DNA of 64,000 nt. Source: Myxococcales bacterium (GTDB lineage: Bacteria; Myxococcota_A; UBA9042; JABWCM01; BTVJ01). Location of the stretch: assembly GCA_045863395.1 (NCBI GenBank), contig BTVJ01000034.1, positions 1-64,000 of the forward strand, written 5' to 3'. Below, piece by piece: positions 42,079 to 51,970 of this stretch (position 1 is the first letter of the stretch; each line of letters starts with the position of its first letter). Below the pieces are notes generated by a model. It ran no database searches, was not told the origin of the DNA, and was given only the letters and a program-made list of their open reading frames with translations. Position numbers and translations under genes: made by a program.

Positions 42079-44649
42079 GTGACCCTCCTCGCTCGCTCAT
42101 GCTTGCTCTCGCTTGTCATTGCGGCCTCCTGTGCGGACGACGCCTCGGATGGCGCTGACGTGATGAGCGCACCCGGGGACGTCGTGGGCGACGTCGGGGA
42201 CGCGCAGGATGGCGGAACGGACGTGGATCCGGCGGACGTGCCGTTCGCGGACGGCGCGGCACCGGCGGATGTGCCCGAGACCGGCGAAGTGGGAGAGGTG
42301 GACGACGGAGACGCCTCGCCAGAGCCCGACGCCGGAGACACGCCGGCCATGGACGCAGGCGAGCCGGACGGAGACGCCGGCGGCTGCGTCCTGAGCAACG
42401 GCGGGGTCGAGACCTGCAACGGCGTCGACGACGACTGCGACGGCCAGGTGGACGAGGACACCTGCGACGATGGGGACCCGTGCACGTTCGACGTGTGTAT
42501 TGCAGGAGTGGGGTGTGGCATCGACCCATACGTGGTGATCTGCTGCGACACGGCCGCGGACTGCTACGACGCCAACTCCTGCACCAACGAGGACTGCGTG
42601 GACGGCGTGTGCTCCTACGAGCTGAACCTCCCCGGCATCTGCTGCTTCTCCGACGCGGACTGCGACGACCAGAACGAGTGCACGGACGACCTGTGCATGG
42701 GGAGCTACTGCCAGCACTACGCCAGCAAGGCCCCTGGCTGCTGCTCCATCACCGCGGACTGCAACGACGGTGACCCCTGCACGCTGGATCTCTGCGACCA
42801 GTACCACTGTGCCCACGCCAACACCTGCTGCACCAGCGACGCGGAGTGCGCTGACGGCGACGACAAGTGCACCATTGACCAGTGCCTGGAGCAGACGTGC
42901 GTCCACACGCCAACGCTGGCGCAAGGGTGCTGCATCGAGTCCATCTACGTGGGCGACTTCGAGGACGGGACGACGGAGGGCCACGCCATCTACAACTCCG
43001 TTCCCGGGACGGGGTGGCAGGTGGTGACGACCGGCAGGGCCGTCTCGGGCAATGGCGCCCTCTACTACGGAAACCCATTCACCTGGACCTACGACACGGG
43101 CGCCCAGTCCAACCACGGGTCGGCGTCGGGGCCGGTCATGATCCTGCCGGCCGCCGTGGACGTGAAGATGCAGTTCATGCTGTGGATGGCCACGGAGGGG
43201 ACGCTGGCGGTGGATCAGCTCACGGTCCGCGTGCTGCTCGTGGAGGGCGGGGTGGTCTCCAAGCTGCCCATCGTGTGGACCAAGGCGAAGCTCCCGCAGT
43301 ACGCGACCTGGGTGCCGGTGCAGATCGACCTGAGCGCCTTCGCCGGGCAGATGATCCGCGTGAGCTTCGACTTCAACACCATCGACGCCACCTTCAACAG
43401 CTTCGAAGGCATCTATCTCGACGACCTCTTCGTCGTCTCGACCTGCAAGGCGCGATCATGTGCTGGCCAGCCCGACTGCGACGACGGGCTCTCCATCACC
43501 GAGGAGAAGTGCGCCGGCGGGTTCTGCGCGTATCAGCTCTCGCCGGGATACTGCGAGTACGACTTCCAGTGCAACGACTCCAACGACTGCACCACGGACA
43601 AGTGCGTCGCCAACGTGTGCACCTACTCGGAGTCGGACGGGTGCTGCCTGACCGACGCAGACTGCGACGATGGGCTAGCGTGCACCATGGACACGTGCTA
43701 CCCGTCCTGGCCAGTCAACATCTGCTCCCACCTGTGGAAGTCGGGGTGCTGCCAGAACGACGCGGTCGGCAAGGCCATCGGCTGTGACGACCTCGACCCG
43801 TGCACGACGGACACCTGCCCCGAGGATGGGAAGGCGTGTGTCCATACGCCGGTCCCGGACTGCTGCGTCAAGGACGCCGACTGCGAGGATGGCGACGCCT
43901 GCACCCTCGACATCTGCCAGGCATCGAGCTGCCTCCACGTGAACCAGTGCTGTGCGTCGGATGCGGACTGCGACGACGGGGACGACCTGTGCACCGCAGA
44001 GGCGTGTGTGGGTGGCAAGTGCAAGGTGTCACTGGTGTCGCTGCCCGGATGCTGCACGTCGACGATGCTCGCCGAGAGCTTCGACTCCCCGGGCGGGTGG
44101 ACTCTGTCGCCAGTGACTCCGCCCGTCGGGGGCGTCTCCTGGAACCAGAGCTCGCTCCAGTCCCACTCACCGCCGTCCTCCGCGTGGTTCGGCGACCCGA
44201 TCACGGGCACCTACGACGCCGCGGGCAAGACGGCCTATGGGGTGCTCCAGTCGGGGCCGCTGGATGTCCCAGTCGGGGCCTTCACCTGGGTCAGCCTCTG
44301 GTTCTGGCTCGGCAACGAGTTCGCGTTCGGCGGCTACCCCAACGCCGAGTGGGATCGCCTGCGCGTGGAGGTGCAGCTCTTGGATGCGCAGCAGCAACTG
44401 GACGGGCCCCCCAAGGTCCTCTGGGACTCGGCGTGGGGGACCCCCACGTGGTGGACCGAGGGTGCGCAGGGGAAGCCGACGGGACCCAAGTGGACCTCGC
44501 TGGACCAGGTGGATCTCACGCCCTTTGCGGGCAAGCGCCTCGCGCTCCGGGTGGTGTTCGACAGCCTGGATGGCGACGCCAACGGCTACCCGGGGGCGTT
44601 CGTCGACGACGTGATCGTGACGCGGACCTGCGGGCCGCAGCCGAAGTAG
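42079..44649 (+). CDS. Cys-rich repeat lipoprotein with two jelly-roll (MAM/adhesin-like) domains
   Basis: Lipobox AASC; CNGVDDDCDG; many CC..DADCDDGxxCT repeats; DFEDG...IYLDDL and SFDS...FVDDV domains. Confidence 0.85.
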   Translation: MTLLARSCLLSLVIAASCADDASDGADVMSAPGDVVGDVGDAQDGGTDVDPADVPFADGAAPADVPETGEVGEVDDGDASPEPDAGDTPAMDAGEPDGDAGGCVLSNGGVETCNGVDDDCDGQVDEDTCDDGDPCTFDVCIAGVGCGIDPYVVICCDTAADCYDANSCTNEDCVDGVCSYELNLPGICCFSDADCDDQNECTDDLCMGSYCQHYASKAPGCCSITADCNDGDPCTLDLCDQYHCAHANTCCTSDAECADGDDKCTIDQCLEQTCVHTPTLAQGCCIESIYVGDFEDGTTEGHAIYNSVPGTGWQVVTTGRAVSGNGALYYGNPFTWTYDTGAQSNHGSASGPVMILPAAVDVKMQFMLWMATEGTLAVDQLTVRVLLVEGGVVSKLPIVWTKAKLPQYATWVPVQIDLSAFAGQMIRVSFDFNTIDATFNSFEGIYLDDLFVVSTCKARSCAGQPDCDDGLSITEEKCAGGFCAYQLSPGYCEYDFQCNDSNDCTTDKCVANVCTYSESDGCCLTDADCDDGLACTMDTCYPSWPVNICSHLWKSGCCQNDAVGKAIGCDDLDPCTTDTCPEDGKACVHTPVPDCCVKDADCEDGDACTLDICQASSCLHVNQCCASDADCDDGDDLCTAEACVGGKCKVSLVSLPGCCTSTMLAESFDSPGGWTLSPVTPPVGGVSWNQSSLQSHSPPSSAWFGDPITGTYDAAGKTAYGVLQSGPLDVPVGAFTWVSLWFWLGNEFAFGGYPNAEWDRLRVEVQLLDAQQQLDGPPKVLWDSAWGTPTWWTEGAQGKPTGPKWTSLDQVDLTPFAGKRLALRVVFDSLDGDANGYPGAFVDDVIVTRTCGPQPK

Positions 44650-44652
44650 GCG

Positions 44653-45804
44653 TCAGCGGCGCAGGCGGAGCCAGGTGCGGACCTTCTGGATGAGCCCCGG
44701 GCGGTCCGACTCGACGTCGTCTTCGTCCAGATCGATGACCTCCGCCACCTCGGCGTAGGGGACGTCGGGCGCCGCGTCGGAGCGCTCGATGCCGGCCGCG
44801 CGACGGATGGACCGCCACCAGGGGTCTCCGGTGCCGAGCTCCTCCTCGAAGAGCCTGCCCTCCTGACGGATCAGCTCTCGGGCCGCGTCGATGGCGCCCC
44901 GGCGCAGCGCCCCCTCGATGAGGTCGGCGGCCGTCTCCAGATGCAGGCCCCGCGCCTCTGCGTAGAGGGGAGAGCTCGGACCGATGTGGCGCACCAGGGC
45001 CAGCGCCTCCTCCAGCTCGCCGCTCTCCCGCGCCGCGACCACGGCGCCCAGGAGCTTCTGCTGGTGCGGCAGCGGGTCGGCAGCGCGGGCCACGTCCATG
45101 AGCTGCGCCACATCCGCGTCGGTGCGCACGCTCCGGGGCAGGTCCTTCAGGCGGCGGTGGACCTCGGCGACCTGGCCGGCGTCCGCGAGCACCGCGATGG
45201 CCATGATGTCTGCGGCGTAGCACAGGGCGCCCAGATCCGCCTCCATGGCGTCGGCGACCTCTGGGCTGTGGAGATCGGCGCGCAACGCCTCGATCTCTGG
45301 GTGGGCGCTTCGGGCGAGGACCTCCATGGCCAAGCGCCGGTAGGCGCGGCGCTCGCCCTGGTGGCCGCCGGTGCCGGCGAGGCGCCGCAGGGTCGCGACC
45401 TCCGGGGCGAGGTCCTCCGGCGCGTTGGGCCAGGCGTCCGCTAGATCCACCACCGCGTGGACCACCGCCGCCGCCTCCTCCCAGGTCGGGACCACCTGGA
45501 CGTCGAAGCCCACGCGGCCCCCCGCGGGGTCCTCGAGGAGCACATAGAACGGGAAGCCGCTGGCCGGGGGGGGCACCAGGTACCGATCCCCCGGCAGCGC
45601 GGGGCAGGCGGCCCCCTCCCCGCCTGCGACGACGAAGGCCCCCTCGACTGCCGTGCCCGGGAAGGGCCGGACGCGGATGACGAGGGGCCCCAGATCCTTC
45701 ACCGCTGATCGGCGCCCCACCCACTCCAGGCGGGCAGCGACGCGGCCTCGTCCATGGACGGCCACCTGAAAGGACTGCCACCGGATCGTCAGCTCGGATG
45801 TCAT
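44653..45804 (-). CDS. Hypothetical protein (beta-rich N-terminus, helical C-terminus)
   Basis: GGAGG SD before ATG 45804; coding-like part of ORF 44653..46515. Confidence 0.65.
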   Translation of the reverse strand: MTSELTIRWQSFQVAVHGRGRVAARLEWVGRRSAVKDLGPLVIRVRPFPGTAVEGAFVVAGGEGAACPALPGDRYLVPPPASGFPFYVLLEDPAGGRVGFDVQVVPTWEEAAAVVHAVVDLADAWPNAPEDLAPEVATLRRLAGTGGHQGERRAYRRLAMEVLARSAHPEIEALRADLHSPEVADAMEADLGALCYAADIMAIAVLADAGQVAEVHRRLKDLPRSVRTDADVAQLMDVARAADPLPHQQKLLGAVVAARESGELEEALALVRHIGPSSPLYAEARGLHLETAADLIEGALRRGAIDAARELIRQEGRLFEEELGTGDPWWRSIRRAAGIERSDAAPDVPYAEVAEVIDLDEDDVESDRPGLIQKVRTWLRLRR

Positions 45805-45857
45805 GCCACCTCCCTCATCGACGGGGCCATCCTGCACCATGGGCTCCCACGCCGCAA

Positions 45858-48800
45858 TCAGAAGTTGGCGGAGCCGGTCGGGCCGAAGGCGCCACCTTCG
45901 CCGGGCTCTCCGACGCTGACGCCGCCGGAGCCTCCCAGGCCACCGGTCCCGCCGGGCTGGAAGGCATTTGATGCCTTGAGCGGGCTCAGGTCCAAGGGTC
46001 CTTGTCCAGCCGCGAACAGCGCGAAGCTCGGCCCCCCGCACCCTCCTCCTCCGCCTCCTCCGTGCCCGCCGCTGCCTCCGGCGCCTCCATGGCCGCCCTG
46101 CCCCGCGCACTGGGTCGTCGGGTTCGCCGCGCCGCTGGCACCGCCGGACGCCCCATCGCCGCCAGCACCGCCGACCCCTCCCTGGCCACCCGCCCCGCCC
46201 TTCCCTCCGTTGCCGCTGCGGATGGTGTTGTCGAGCAGCGTGGGCGCGCTCACCGGCGGAGTGGTCCAGACGAGGAAGACCCCGAAGGACCCCCCGCCGC
46301 TCGACGCCGCGCCACCCGGGCCGCCGGCGCAGCCCCCGGCGCCGCCGCCGCCGCCGCTGCCGCCGAGGTCCGTGCCACCGTCCCCGCACGACGACAGCTC
46401 CACGCCGCCGCCCGCCCCGCCGCCACCGCCACCGCCCCCTGGCGAGCCGGGTCCGCCCGAGGTGGGCTGCGCCGCGACCCACTCCCCGGCAATGATCACG
46501 CCATCGCCGGCGCACGCCTGGCCGCCGAGGCCGCTCAGCCCCGGGACGCCGCTCTTCCCGTCCTCACCCACCCAGGTGTTGGGGGCCGGAGGCGAGATGC
46601 AGTTGGTGCACACCTGCGCGGACCACTTGAGGAAGTCCCAGCCGGGGACGCCGCCGGCCCCGCCCGGCCCCGCGTTGTTGGCACCCGGTGCCCCGCCCTC
46701 GCCAGGGGCGGGCGACTGCGTGATGGGCGGCGAGTAGGGCTGGGCCCCGCTCTCGTCGTAGTCCGGGCACACGGACGTTCCCCCGCCACCGCCCGACACG
46801 TCCACGGCGCCGCACGCCATGGTACCTCCGGCGCCGCCCGGGTTGGTCTTGCCGGCGCACTCCACGTGCTCCGTCGCCCCCAACCCGGGCTGCCCTGCCT
46901 CCCCGGCGGTCCCGCTGACCCCCGCGCTCCCCGGGAGGCCGTCGCCCCCGTTGCCTGCGTTGATCGTCGCGTTGGACACCACCACGCCCGCGTGGACGTT
47001 GCGGAGCATCACCGCGTAGCTGCTCTTTCCAGGCAAGGACGTGCTGTGGCCGAACACCGTGACTCCGTCGATGGCGGTTGGGGTAGCGGCTGTGCCGGGA
47101 TCGAGGATGTTGACGGCGGCGGGGAGACCGGCGCTCGGCGCCACCCCCATGAGCACCGTCTCGTACAGGACGCGGTCGCGCACCGTGAAGTCCGCACTGT
47201 AGCCGCCGTAGACGCCCACGCCCGTCGCTGCGAGCACAGACTCCTGGTAGACGCCCGTCGCCACGTAGACGTCCCGGAGGCCCAGCTCCACGGCCCGGTC
47301 GATGCCCCGCTGCACCGTCAGGACCGGCTCGTCCTGCGTCCCCGCCCCACCGTCCGAGCCGTTCTTGGCGACGAACACCGCGTTCTGGACCTCGCCGTCC
47401 ACGCCGTCGCAGTCGCTGTCCACCCCGTCGGGGACGTCGTCCCCCGGCTGGATCTGGCACTCACAGCCATCGACGGGGTTCCCGTTGACGTCCACCCAGC
47501 CGCCGTCACACTTCAGCGCGCACGCCGGGATCAGGGGAGCCGGGTCGCACACCCCGACGCCGTTGTCTACCGGTAGCGCCGCGCAGTTGTTGTCGCACTT
47601 GCCGCAGTGGTTGTCGGACACGTAGCGACCCACGGCGTCCACGAAGGCCTCGTCCGCCGCACCGTTGCAGTCGTTGTCCTTGCCGTCGCAGACGTCCGCG
47701 GGGAGCACGCAGGGCTCCCAGCCACCCGGGCCGCAAGACTGGATTCCGACGCAGGTCGTGGCGGGGGTCGTCGGGTCCGCAGGGTCGGCCCAGGTCAGGG
47801 AGCACGCCTTCTTGAGGTCCGGGTTGGAGCCGTCGCAGGAGCACGTCCCCGACGCGGGCTGACACTGGGAGCCGCCGTCCCACGGGAGGCAGGAGTAGCC
47901 GAAGGGGCAGTCGTCAGGGCCGCCGCACTCCTTTCCACAGTACTTGCCATCTCCCAGCGCCATGCAGCGTGCGCCATCCAGGAAGCAGTCCGTGTCCTTG
48001 GCGCAGGGCTGGCAGAGGCTCGTGGTCACCGGGATGCACTGGTACTCGTTGAGCTTGAAGAAGCCCTCGTCGCAGGACTCGATGACGCACTGGGGTGGGT
48101 CCTTGGAGGCATCGCAGATCGCGACCCCGTGGATGCCCGCCTGGGCGCAGCTCTTGTTGCACGTGCCGCAGTGGTCGGTCGCCGCGTAGAGATCGCCTGT
48201 GCGGAAGTCCTCATCCACGAGGCCGTCGCAGTCGTCGTCCTTGAAGTTGCACAGCTCGGGGCTTGGTGACGGGGCATTGCAGAGCCACCCATTGACGCCA
48301 AGGCACACGTCCGTGCCCTGGCAGGCGCCGACGCTGGCCTCCTCCTTGACGCACGTCTGGTCGACGGGCAGGCCGTCATCCACGGTCCCGTTGCAGTCGT
48401 CGTCCACGCCGTTGCACTCCTCGGGGGCGGGCGCCGCGGCCGTGCACCCCACCCAGCCCTGCGAGGGGTCACAGGTCTCGACGCCCCAGCAGGTCTTGCC
48501 CTCGTCCGTGACGGAGCAGGGGCGCGTCGCGCCGGCCTGGTCCCCAGCGCAGTCGCAGGAGCCGGTCTGCGGCAGGCAGACCGGACCGAGGCCCAGCGCG
48601 TCGGCGGACGGGTCCTGGGCGCAGGAGTAGCCCGGCGCGCAGGCTGCCGACGAGCACGCCTGGGTGCAGAAGCGGCCGCCGGCCAGGTCCAGGCACACGC
48701 CGGAGCCGCACTGGTCGTCCGTCTGGCATGGGGCGCAGAGGCGCAGCGCGTCGGGGACACAGATGAACACCACGTCGGGCAACAGGTTGAGCACGCTCCG

Positions 48801-49124
48801 GCAGGCGAAGCCCTCGGGGCACTGGTCGGACAGGCACTCCCGCGTGCAGATCGGCCCCTGCGGGCTGTCCACACAGAAGCCGCTCTCGCAGTCCGACGTG
48901 CCTGTGCAGGGGCAGAGGAAGCCCTTGAGGGGGCCGGCGCACTCCCCGGTGACGTCGGGCTCAGGGGCGACCTCGACGGGGGCGTCCGCTGGCACTGACG
49001 AATCGGGCTGCGAAGGGCTCCCAGTGTCGGGCACATCGGTCGACACGACATCGGCGGGGGCCGTGACGGGGTCGTCGGCGCAGGCGACACACACGAGGGC
49101 AAGGGCGATGAACGTCGAGCGCAT
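45858..49124 (-). CDS. Lipoprotein with MopE-like Cys repeats, DUF1565-like segment and PGRS-like Gly-rich domain
   Basis: Lipobox CVAC; E.CNGVDDDCNG repeats; VFVAKNGSD...GT...P; GGxGGxGG tracts. Confidence 0.85.
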   Translation of the reverse strand: MRSTFIALALVCVACADDPVTAPADVVSTDVPDTGSPSQPDSSVPADAPVEVAPEPDVTGECAGPLKGFLCPCTGTSDCESGFCVDSPQGPICTRECLSDQCPEGFACRSVLNLLPDVVFICVPDALRLCAPCQTDDQCGSGVCLDLAGGRFCTQACSSAACAPGYSCAQDPSADALGLGPVCLPQTGSCDCAGDQAGATRPCSVTDEGKTCWGVETCDPSQGWVGCTAAAPAPEECNGVDDDCNGTVDDGLPVDQTCVKEEASVGACQGTDVCLGVNGWLCNAPSPSPELCNFKDDDCDGLVDEDFRTGDLYAATDHCGTCNKSCAQAGIHGVAICDASKDPPQCVIESCDEGFFKLNEYQCIPVTTSLCQPCAKDTDCFLDGARCMALGDGKYCGKECGGPDDCPFGYSCLPWDGGSQCQPASGTCSCDGSNPDLKKACSLTWADPADPTTPATTCVGIQSCGPGGWEPCVLPADVCDGKDNDCNGAADEAFVDAVGRYVSDNHCGKCDNNCAALPVDNGVGVCDPAPLIPACALKCDGGWVDVNGNPVDGCECQIQPGDDVPDGVDSDCDGVDGEVQNAVFVAKNGSDGGAGTQDEPVLTVQRGIDRAVELGLRDVYVATGVYQESVLAATGVGVYGGYSADFTVRDRVLYETVLMGVAPSAGLPAAVNILDPGTAATPTAIDGVTVFGHSTSLPGKSSYAVMLRNVHAGVVVSNATINAGNGGDGLPGSAGVSGTAGEAGQPGLGATEHVECAGKTNPGGAGGTMACGAVDVSGGGGGTSVCPDYDESGAQPYSPPITQSPAPGEGGAPGANNAGPGGAGGVPGWDFLKWSAQVCTNCISPPAPNTWVGEDGKSGVPGLSGLGGQACAGDGVIIAGEWVAAQPTSGGPGSPGGGGGGGGAGGGVELSSCGDGGTDLGGSGGGGGAGGCAGGPGGAASSGGGSFGVFLVWTTPPVSAPTLLDNTIRSGNGGKGGAGGQGGVGGAGGDGASGGASGAANPTTQCAGQGGHGGAGGSGGHGGGGGGGCGGPSFALFAAGQGPLDLSPLKASNAFQPGGTGGLGGSGGVSVGEPGEGGAFGPTGSANF

Positions 49125-49195
49125 GGGCAAGCTCCGTGGCCTGGGGGGCCGGCTGGTGCGCCCAGGATAGCAGCAGCGCAACGCGGTCGGATAGC

Positions 49196-50035
49196 TCACC
49201 GCACGCGATGCACGGGCACCCGGAAGGCGCCCGGGCGCTGCGGGTCGGGCACGGGGGGACCGGGGATGATGAGCCGCTCACCGCGCTCCAGGGCGTCCTG
49301 CAGCTCCAGCATGAGCTCCCGGTCCTCTGCCCCCACCGTGAGGTCGGGGGCCGGGCGCTCGATCACGGCGGTCGGATCGCCTGCCGCGGCCCGAATCCGC
49401 AGATCATCGATGGGCAGAAAGTACGTGACGGTCTCGGCCTCCGAGTGGGCCGGAGTCCAGGCGGTCATCAGCTCGATGGGCCCGAACCGCGTGTGGATGA
49501 ACAGCGCCGACGAGTCCCACTGGGTCGCGCCATAGAGCGTCCGCGAGCGGAACACCTTGAGGGCGATGGCCTTCGTGATGCTCCCGAGCCCCTTGAGGTC
49601 CTCCTCGGGCAGCGTGGGTGCGATGGACGCCAGGTTGTGCCCGAACCAGCAGCCCCGCGGATGCATGGGGATGGCGATGTACATGGAGTAGGGCACGAGG
49701 CCGCGGTAGTCGGCAGGGACGTCGTAGACCGCACGAGCATGCTCGGAGAGGTCCTCGGCGCGCCGCGCATAGCCGAAGATGGCGCCCGGCAGCTCCGAGC
49801 AGTCGAAGAAGACCCACCGGGGCATGGGCATGCCCTCGGGCCCGAACGTCGCCTGATCCAGGCGCTGGAGCAGCAGCAGAAAGCGCTCGCTCTCTACACG
49901 GAGTGGATCGATGACGTTCTCGTCCGGGATTGACATCCCGAAGGGGGAGCGATCCAGAAACGGGAGATTGAAGGGAGTGGCGACCAGAAACGGCTCCAGA
50001 TCACGAAGAATCGCGTCATTTCTCGTACGGATCAC
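49196..50035 (-). CDS. Unknown protein, GNAT-like motifs intact (paralog B)
   Basis: GGAGG SD, GTGA overlap with paralog A; LKGLGS, LYGATQWDSSALFIHTRFG. Confidence 0.75.
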   Translation of the reverse strand: MIRTRNDAILRDLEPFLVATPFNLPFLDRSPFGMSIPDENVIDPLRVESERFLLLLQRLDQATFGPEGMPMPRWVFFDCSELPGAIFGYARRAEDLSEHARAVYDVPADYRGLVPYSMYIAIPMHPRGCWFGHNLASIAPTLPEEDLKGLGSITKAIALKVFRSRTLYGATQWDSSALFIHTRFGPIELMTAWTPAHSEAETVTYFLPIDDLRIRAAAGDPTAVIERPAPDLTVGAEDRELMLELQDALERGERLIIPGPPVPDPQRPGAFRVPVHRVR

Positions 50036-50883
50036 CACGAGGCACCTCCCCTCGCGTCCTCTCGACGCAGAGGCACCTGGGTCGCGGCGCCCCGGATGAG
50101 GGGCGGCCCCACGATCCTCCAGCGAACGCCGGCCTCCACCTCCAACTGGAGGCGCCTGAGCATGGCCTCGTCGTCCACGTCGAGGAGGTGCGTGGCCAGA
50201 GGGCTCGACGGGCTCGTGTCCGCGCCTGCCAGCACGGCGGCCGTTCCATCGTCGGTGATGGCCGTGTGGAACGTGAGCGTCCGCGGCATGGAGTGGGCCG
50301 GCGTGTACGCGGTGATCACGTCCAGGGGGCCGAGCTGCGACAGCACCCGCAGCTTGGACGCCCGCCACTGGGTCGTCCCATACAGGTTGCGCGCGCGGAA
50401 CATGGCGAGGCCGAGGATCATGGTGAGCTGCTGGAGCCCCTCCGGCGCCGCTCCCGGGGCCACCTGGTTGACGTCGCACAGGCTGTAGGTCAGCCAGGTG
50501 TCCGGCACCAGCATGGGGATGGCGATGAAGGTGCTGAGCGGCACGTCCCCGTCGTAGTCTTTCGGCACCTTGAGGCAGTGGCGCACCCACGGCTCCAGGG
50601 TCGACGCGGGCTGCGCAAAGCCGAAGACCGCCCCGGGCATGACGGCGCAGTCGTAGAAGACCCACTGGGGCATGGGCATGCCGACAGGCCCGAACGTCAG
50701 CTCGTCGAGCTGCCGGATCAGGTCCACGAAGGTCTGGTGTCTGCGGTGCTGCGGGTTCCTGCGGCTCTCCGGGGGGATGCTCACGCCCAAAGGCGCGAGG
50801 TCCAGGTCCTCGACGATGAGGTCCGTCGCGAGGACGAAGGGCCGGCAGGTCTCCACCACCCTTCGGTAGTGAAGCAAGGACAT
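50032..50883 (-). CDS. Unknown protein, paralog A of 49196..50035
   Basis: Shared FGPxGMPMPxWVFxDC, IAIPM, LYGxTQW and TAxTPAHS blocks; GGAGG SD. Confidence 0.8.
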   Translation of the reverse strand: MSLLHYRRVVETCRPFVLATDLIVEDLDLAPLGVSIPPESRRNPQHRRHQTFVDLIRQLDELTFGPVGMPMPQWVFYDCAVMPGAVFGFAQPASTLEPWVRHCLKVPKDYDGDVPLSTFIAIPMLVPDTWLTYSLCDVNQVAPGAAPEGLQQLTMILGLAMFRARNLYGTTQWRASKLRVLSQLGPLDVITAYTPAHSMPRTLTFHTAITDDGTAAVLAGADTSPSSPLATHLLDVDDEAMLRRLQLEVEAGVRWRIVGPPLIRGAATQVPLRREDARGGASW

Positions 50884-50912
50884 GGGAGCCTCCCGGTCTG
50901 GAGGGGGGAATG

Positions 50913-50945
50913 AAAAAAGGCGGGGACCGCACGCGATCCCCGCCT
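50913..50945 (-). terminator. Rho-independent terminator of the 50972..51625 gene
   Basis: Minus strand GGCGGGGA-N10-TCCCCGCC followed by TTTTTT. Confidence 0.85.
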
Positions 50946-50971
50946 CCTTCAGCTACGTTGACGTGACGCGA

Positions 50972-51625
50972 CTAGCAGTCGGGATCGGAGCCCGCGGAGC
51001 AGTTCGGGTCGCAGTAGCCGTCGCCCTCGCAAGCGATGGCGCCGCCCGTGCAGTCCGGGTCGTCCGCGCACGGGCTCGTCGTGCCGGGCTTCGCGTTGCA
51101 GTAGCCGGACTTCTTGTTGCAGCTCGGCTTGGCGCACTCCTTGCCGTTCTTCTTGCTGCCAGCGCAGTCCGGGTCCTGGTCCTTCGGGCACCAGGAGTCG
51201 CAGTGGCCGTCGCTCACGCAGGCCGACTTGAGGGAGCCATCGGGCGGCGTGCAGTCCGTGTCACACAGGCACACGGCGTCGGAGCACTTGGAGATGGCCT
51301 CGCACACCTTGCCGTAGTAGTTGCAGGAGCAGTTCGGGTCCCACTTGTTGTTGCCGCAGGAGCCCTCGCCGCAGGACGCGGCCGGGTTGCAGTCCGGGTC
51401 GGCCGTCAGCGCGCACTCGGCGCCGTTGCAGTAGCCGTCGTCGTCGCAGCCGAAGCCAGCGCCACCTCCGCCGCCACCGCCACCGCCGGTGTCCGTGGTG
51501 CCACCACCTCCGCCGCCCCCGCCCGTCGTGCCATCGGCGTCCGAGTCGTTGGTCACGTCGCAGCCCGCAAGGGCGGCCAGGACCAGCATCATGGCCGCGC
51601 TCACCGCCAGCGTTCTCAGCTTCAT
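50972..51625 (-). CDS. Small Cys-rich lipoprotein with DPDC repeats
   Basis: Lipobox LAGC, poly-Gly linker, CxxDGxC...DPDC units; GGAGG SD. Confidence 0.85.
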   Translation of the reverse strand: MKLRTLAVSAAMMLVLAALAGCDVTNDSDADGTTGGGGGGGGTTDTGGGGGGGGGAGFGCDDDGYCNGAECALTADPDCNPAASCGEGSCGNNKWDPNCSCNYYGKVCEAISKCSDAVCLCDTDCTPPDGSLKSACVSDGHCDSWCPKDQDPDCAGSKKNGKECAKPSCNKKSGYCNAKPGTTSPCADDPDCTGGAIACEGDGYCDPNCSAGSDPDC

Positions 51626-51736
51626 TCCGTCTTCCTCCAGTCACATTGAGTGAATGGCTGCGCCCCGAGCCCAGCCACTCGCGACACACCCCGTTGGTAT
51701 GCGCGCTTCCCCTGTCAGCCCACAGCGGCTTGCCGG

Positions 51737-51765
51737 ACTATAGCCGAGCACCTCCAAGGCTGCAA
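51737..51765 (-). promoter_or_regulatory. Putative sigma70 promoter
   Basis: TTGCAG-N17-TATAGT on the minus strand. Confidence 0.5.
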
Positions 51766-51970
51766 GCTCTCCGTCGTTCGTGAGGAAGGACGCTGCCACA
51801 TGCGTTGGATCCGCGCGGAAGCAGGCGCTTTCTATTGCATCCACGCGCGCGTGTGTATACTCGCCCCAGTGCGCCGCATGGCCGCCGCCGAGGGCCCACC
51901 AGGGCGTGCTGCCGCCGCATGCGGTCCCACAGCCGCCCTGGTGCCGCGTCACGAGAAGGAGTCCCTCCGC

